The translations under genes were made by a program, and so were the position numbers. The notes beneath the pieces are model-generated. The model did not search any database, had not been told where the DNA came from, and saw only the letters and a program-made list of their open reading frames with translations. Shown in pieces: positions 59,713 to 64,000 of a DNA stretch of 64,000 bases; position 1 is the stretch's first letter, and each line of letters opens with the position of its first letter. The stretch spans positions 128,001 through 192,000 of the forward strand of contig BTUM01000003.1 of NCBI GenBank assembly GCA_045863235.1, in the 5' to 3' direction. This stretch comes from Candidatus Xenobia bacterium. GTDB lineage: Bacteria; Vulcanimicrobiota; Xenobia; Xenobiales; QWHO01.

Positions 59713-61044
59713 TCAAAAATCGAAGTAGAATCGCCCTCCCGGGCGGGCCACGACGAGAGTGTAGTTATCCAGATAGCGCTTGGCAACCTGCTGAATCTCG
59801 GTCGGGGTCACCGATTCCACGTTCTTGATAAAGTTGACGTCGAACTCGTAGCCCACCCCGATCACTTCCGCGATGGCCAGGTGGTAAGCCCGACCGGTAT
59901 TGGTCTCGCGCTCGAGCAGGTAGTTACCGATCAGCTTGCGACGGCTCGCATCCAGCTCGCTGGAGCCGACCCCGTGCTCTTTCAGGCGATCGATCTCGCG
60001 GAATATCTGGCTGCGGGCCGCTCCCACCTGGTTGGGGCGAGTGATGGTGTAGGTCAGCATGTGTGAAGGGCCCAGCAAAGTGGGATAGACCGCACCCAAT
60101 TCGTAAGCCAGACCGCGCTTCTCGCGGATCTCGGTGAACAGGCGCGAGGAGAGCCCGTCACCCATCAGGGCGTGGATCAGCTTCATGGCCACGTAGTCGC
60201 GCGAGCTGACGTTGGGAGCCGGGTAGCCCAGGAAGACCCAGGCGATGGAGGAGTTGGCCGACAAGAAGATCTCCTTCTCGGAGGCTTTCGGCTCCCAGGC
60301 GATGTCCAGGGTCTTGAGCTCGACCGGCTTGAGGGCTGCAAACTCCCTGCGGGCCATGTCGGTGATCAAGGACCGGTTGACCCGGCCAGCCACGCTGACC
60401 ACGGTGCGATTGGAGGCAAAGTGCTCCTTGAAGAACTTGCTGACGGTCGCTGCGTCGGTTCGCGAGACCGAGCTCTCGGTACCGTGCTGGTTGTTCTTGT
60501 AAGGGTGGTAGCGATAGAAGTTCTGGCAAAAGATATCGTAGAGCTGCGTGAAGGCACCCTGATCCCCGCGCAGCTGGCCCAGAATCTCATCCTTGGCCTC
60601 GCTCACCTCAGCCTCGGTGAACGTGGTGTTGCGCAAGGCGGCTGCGATGCGACCCAGCATGCGCGGGAACTGGGCACTGGTCGTCACCAGGCTGATGCGG
60701 GCGTAGTCGGGCTCGCTGGACGTGTTGAGGACGCTGCCGGTGACCTCGATGACATCCTCGCCCTTCTCGTTGCTGATGCGGTCGCGCAGGATACGCAGGA
60801 TCAGGTGGGTGATGCCGCTGTTCTGATTGGTCTCATCGGTCAGGCCGACCCTCACAAGCACCTCGAGGGCCACGATGTCCTCGCCAGGTGACTCGCTGAC
60901 CAGCACCACCAGACCGTTCGGCAGGATGACCCTGCCGACCGGGCTGTGGCGGGCCGCCATGACATTGTGGGTGGGCGGTGGCTGGGCCTCCGTCGGGAAG
61001 GTCACCACCAGGGCCAGCAGGCAGGCCAGCAGGATGGATTTCAC
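59713..61044 (-). CDS. M16 peptidase, non-catalytic subunit (secreted)
   Basis: LPNGL, no HxxEH, SSRLFTEIREKRGLAY. Confidence 0.9.
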   Translation of the reverse strand: MKSILLACLLALVVTFPTEAQPPPTHNVMAARHSPVGRVILPNGLVVLVSESPGEDIVALEVLVRVGLTDETNQNSGITHLILRILRDRISNEKGEDVIEVTGSVLNTSSEPDYARISLVTTSAQFPRMLGRIAAALRNTTFTEAEVSEAKDEILGQLRGDQGAFTQLYDIFCQNFYRYHPYKNNQHGTESSVSRTDAATVSKFFKEHFASNRTVVSVAGRVNRSLITDMARREFAALKPVELKTLDIAWEPKASEKEIFLSANSSIAWVFLGYPAPNVSSRDYVAMKLIHALMGDGLSSRLFTEIREKRGLAYELGAVYPTLLGPSHMLTYTITRPNQVGAARSQIFREIDRLKEHGVGSSELDASRRKLIGNYLLERETNTGRAYHLAIAEVIGVGYEFDVNFIKNVESVTPTEIQQVAKRYLDNYTLVVARPGGRFYFDF

Positions 61045-62372
61045 TGGTTGTCCCCCTCTTCGACCGGCCCGGCCCCACCCGGCTTGGCAACCAGGCTATA
61101 AAATCCGGGCGTAAAGTACTTGTTGGCGCAACGCATCACGCCCTGACGGTCGACTTTCTTGACCTCCTCGAGGTATTTCACCGCGAAGTCCATCTTGTCG
61201 ATGCTCTCGTAGAAGCCCAGGCTGTCGGCCTTGCCCGAGTTGGTCTCGTTGCCGAAGGTGTAGGTGTTGGTCAGCAAGACCTTGGCCCGACGCAGCTCGG
61301 CGTCGGTGAAGTCTCCCTTCTTGATACGCTCGATGGTGGCCAGCATGCCTTCCTTGACTTTGGACTCGTCGCCGCCATCGCCCACCGCCACAGCGATGAT
61401 CAGCCCGGGCTCGCGCTGGGTCAGGAAGTCGACGCTGGTCGAGTCGGCCAGTTTCTTGTCAACCAGGGCTCGGTTCAGCATCGAGCCCCGGCCCATCCCC
61501 AGCAAGAAGGTCATCACGTCGGCCTGATAGATGTCGGGACGGTCGCGAACCGAGGGTCCCCGAAAGGCCAGCAGCACGTAGGCTTTGTTCAGGGTGTTGC
61601 CCTCGACGACGGCCACTTCTTCGGCGGGCCAGGGGGGCAGCACGAACTGGGGGTCGCCTGCATCGGCGCCACCAAAGTCGCTGAACAGGCGCTTGATGTG
61701 GGGACGGAGCTCATCGGCCCGCACGTCCCCCACCACGATCAGGCTGGTGCGTGAGGGCACATAGAACTTCTGCTTGAAAGCCACGAAGTCGGGCCGATTG
61801 AAACGCTGCAGGTTCTCGATCGGACCCATGACCGAGCGCTGGTAAGGGTGACCCGAGAACGCCATGTTGAAGATTTTCTCGTAGAACTGCCGGGTGGGAC
61901 TGGCCATGCCGATGCGGTATTCCTCAAGCACAGCTTCGCGCTCGAGATCGGCGCCTTCGGGCTTGAGCTCGGCGTTCTTGAGGGCATCAGCCAGCAACTC
62001 CAAACCCTGCGGGGCATACTGAGCAGGCAGGTTGATGTAGTAGTGGGTGAAATCGCGCCCGGTGTTAGCGTTTGTGGTGCCGCCCAGAGCCTCGATGGCG
62101 CGCTTGAACTGCCAGCCGGTGCGGGTGGGGGTGCCCCGAAAGAACATGTGCTCGTAAAAGTGTGAGAGCCCATTGGTCTCGGGGGTCTCATACAGCCCCC
62201 CGGCTCGTACGAAAATGTTCAGCGAGACCGTGGGGGAGCCGTGCGACTCCTTGATGATGACCGACATCCCGTTGGGCAGCACCTCGCGGCTGGTACCCTC
62301 GATGCCGAAAACCGGAATGGCCAGCAGCAACAGCAAGATCGCCGCCAGGGCACGTTTGTGACGCAAGCTCAT
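61041..62372 (-). CDS. M16 peptidase, catalytic subunit (secreted)
   Basis: Signal peptide, GLSHFYEHMFFRG (HxxEH), NANT, VLEE. Confidence 0.93.
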   Translation of the reverse strand: MSLRHKRALAAILLLLLAIPVFGIEGTSREVLPNGMSVIIKESHGSPTVSLNIFVRAGGLYETPETNGLSHFYEHMFFRGTPTRTGWQFKRAIEALGGTTNANTGRDFTHYYINLPAQYAPQGLELLADALKNAELKPEGADLEREAVLEEYRIGMASPTRQFYEKIFNMAFSGHPYQRSVMGPIENLQRFNRPDFVAFKQKFYVPSRTSLIVVGDVRADELRPHIKRLFSDFGGADAGDPQFVLPPWPAEEVAVVEGNTLNKAYVLLAFRGPSVRDRPDIYQADVMTFLLGMGRGSMLNRALVDKKLADSTSVDFLTQREPGLIIAVAVGDGGDESKVKEGMLATIERIKKGDFTDAELRRAKVLLTNTYTFGNETNSGKADSLGFYESIDKMDFAVKYLEEVKKVDRQGVMRCANKYFTPGFYSLVAKPGGAGPVEEGDNQ

Positions 62373-62401
62373 AGGATTTGAAAAACCTTCCTCGTGGAGA
62401 G

Positions 62402-62428
62402 AGACATCGACCGGGCCGAAAAGGTTCC
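62402..62428 (-). promoter_or_regulatory. Possible ECF-sigma promoter for the M16 operon
   Basis: Minus strand GGAACC-17 nt-GTCT. Confidence 0.4.
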
Positions 62429-62499
62429 CGGGCTAAGAGGAATTTCTCTTCTCAGGGCTCGGAGCCTGCCGAACGCGGAACTTATGCTATGATCGAGGA

Positions 62500-64000
62500 A
62501 TGAGACGGCGAGGAATCGGACTGGGAATCACCCTGGTCGTGGTGGCCCTGGTGTTCACGCTGGGGATGGTGGTGGCCAGCGCCAGCGTCAGCCACCTCAG
62601 CCTCATGACCCGAACGGCCAACGCTGCCCGGGCCGACGATCTGGCCCGCTCGGCCCTGGCCCTGGCGGTAGAAAAGCTGTTCAACGACCAGCGTTTTGGA
62701 ACCCGGTCGGGGGAGGACGAGACCGTGACCGTGAGTCTGCCTTTCGCTCCCGAAGGCAGCCAGGGGATGGTCAGCTTCGAGCCCGGCAAGGGTGTGCCGG
62801 TCTCGCTGAACAACCTGCTCGGAAGCGAGTCGACGGTGGGCTCGGGGGGGCAGGTCGTGCCGCTGCAGTCAGCCCACCTGGTGGCCGTGGGCAATTGCCG
62901 GGGGGTGACCAGAACCGTGGAGGCAGTGCTGCATCTGCCTCCCTTTCCTTACGCGGTCGCCTCGGCCGGGCCGGTCCACAGCGGTGGAGGGCTCGAGGTG
63001 GGAGCGGTGGGAGCCGGGCTCAGCTCCGCCAGCGGGATCTCCGAGCTCAAGCCGGCTCACCTGTTGACCAACGCCACCGGCTCCTCGGCCCTCACCCTCG
63101 GCCCCCGCACCACCATCAAGGGGGACTTGCTCTCGAGCGGAGGCATCCGGCTCGATCCCTCGGGCGGAACAAAAGTCGAGGGGCAGGTCCTCCCCGATCA
63201 GGAGCCGCGAACCATTCCCCGGCTTCGCCTGGAGGATTACGATCCCGAAGCCCTCGACAAGCCCTACGTGGAGCTCGCTTCCGGCTTTGATCAGGACACC
63301 GAGCTGACCGGCTCGATGAAGCGGGAAGGCGACTTTCGGGTAGACGGCGACCTCAAGCTTCGCGGAGCCCTGATCTATGTCGAGGGCGACGTGGAGGTGA
63401 CCGGCGCGCTGACCGGCTCGGGCCTGCTGGTGACCACCGGCAAGCTGAAGGTGGGAGGCCAGACCCGAATGGTCAGCTCCGACCGCATGGCGATCCTCTC
63501 CCGAGGCGGAATCGAGCTCGAGGGCAAAGGCAAAGCCAGCTCGAACCTGCGCGGCGTGGTCTACACCGAGGGGGGCCTGAAGGCCCGCGAGATCCGCCTG
63601 GAGGGGACCCTGCTGGCCCAGACCCAGGGCCAGGTGCAGCTGGATGAAACGCGCTTGATTCAGGATCCGAACGCTTCCCACGTGGAGATCACCCTGACCC
63701 AGCCGGATAGCTTCAACCTCTTCCTCGACGAGTCGGGGATCCACAATTCCCCACCTCCCGGCTCGTTTGTCCAGCTCAACATCAGCATGACGAGCAAGGG
63801 CCCGCACGTTGCGACCAGCTTCAGCGGGGCAGGCATCGTACTATTAGGTCCCGGTGCCGGCAGCTACGCTGACCCCGCGACCGGGCTGCCGACATTTCCC
63901 CAGAGTTTTCCCTTTGACGCCAAAGCGGGTGACCTGGTGAGCCATTACATGGCCCTGTGCGGGTTCAAGATCAGCCCTGACTCTCGGCTGATTGCCAAAG
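62500..64000 (+). CDS. PilX-like pilus/pseudopilus cluster protein (3' end outside the window)
   Basis: Not in the ORF track. MRRRGIGLGITLVVVALVFTLGMVVAS...ADDLARSAL, then beta-helix-like GxV/VxGD repeats. Extended -10 TGCTATGAT-6 nt-ATG. Confidence 0.78.
   Translation, partial: MRRRGIGLGITLVVVALVFTLGMVVASASVSHLSLMTRTANAARADDLARSALALAVEKLFNDQRFGTRSGEDETVTVSLPFAPEGSQGMVSFEPGKGVPVSLNNLLGSESTVGSGGQVVPLQSAHLVAVGNCRGVTRTVEAVLHLPPFPYAVASAGPVHSGGGLEVGAVGAGLSSASGISELKPAHLLTNATGSSALTLGPRTTIKGDLLSSGGIRLDPSGGTKVEGQVLPDQEPRTIPRLRLEDYDPEALDKPYVELASGFDQDTELTGSMKREGDFRVDGDLKLRGALIYVEGDVEVTGALTGSGLLVTTGKLKVGGQTRMVSSDRMAILSRGGIELEGKGKASSNLRGVVYTEGGLKAREIRLEGTLLAQTQGQVQLDETRLIQDPNASHVEITLTQPDSFNLFLDESGIHNSPPPGSFVQLNISMTSKGPHVATSFSGAGIVLLGPGAGSYADPATGLPTFPQSFPFDAKAGDLVSHYMALCGFKISPDSRLIAK

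Noticed and set aside
59713..61044. M16 subunit lacking HxxEH as a novel pseudo-enzyme
   Set aside because: Active/inactive heterodimeric M16B pairs are well known.

Overview
High-GC bacterial chromosomal window, probably from a diderm Terrabacteria lineage such as Ca. Eremiobacterota/Vulcanimicrobiota. This placement is an inference from the LptD-like gene, the cmk-DUF512-der-plsY gene order and the pseudopilin style. Housekeeping content: katG, nadD-rsfS-aconitase, a complete kdpFABCDE operon with an extra micro-ORF, gatCA, a PilT/PilU ATPase, and an M16 peptidase pair followed by cmk-DUF512-der-plsY. There are two VapBC-type toxin-antitoxin pairs and one candidate nucleotidyltransferase pair. 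No rRNA, tRNA, CRISPR array, integrase or transposase was recognised. Main unusual points: (1) A dispersed set of signal-peptide-less proteins with Ser/Pro-rich N-termini and enzyme or pseudo-enzyme cargo. Two of them share a C-terminal module ending VG-x-x-RL-K/R, and a harpin-like Gly-rich protein and a small needle-like helical protein lie in the same window, which suggests an uncharacterised effector export repertoire. (2) A ~4.9 kb integrase-less mosaic island bounded by a 49-bp duplication of the kdpE 3' end and filled with gene fragments and frameshifted genes. (3) Three protease homologues with altered catalytic residues (CHAT, clostripain, matrixin). (4) A nucleoside phosphorylase fused to a DUF3626-like domain. 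(5) A 101-nt intergenic hairpin. (6) Recurrent leaderless promoter architecture. All family calls come from motif recognition by eye, not from database searches.
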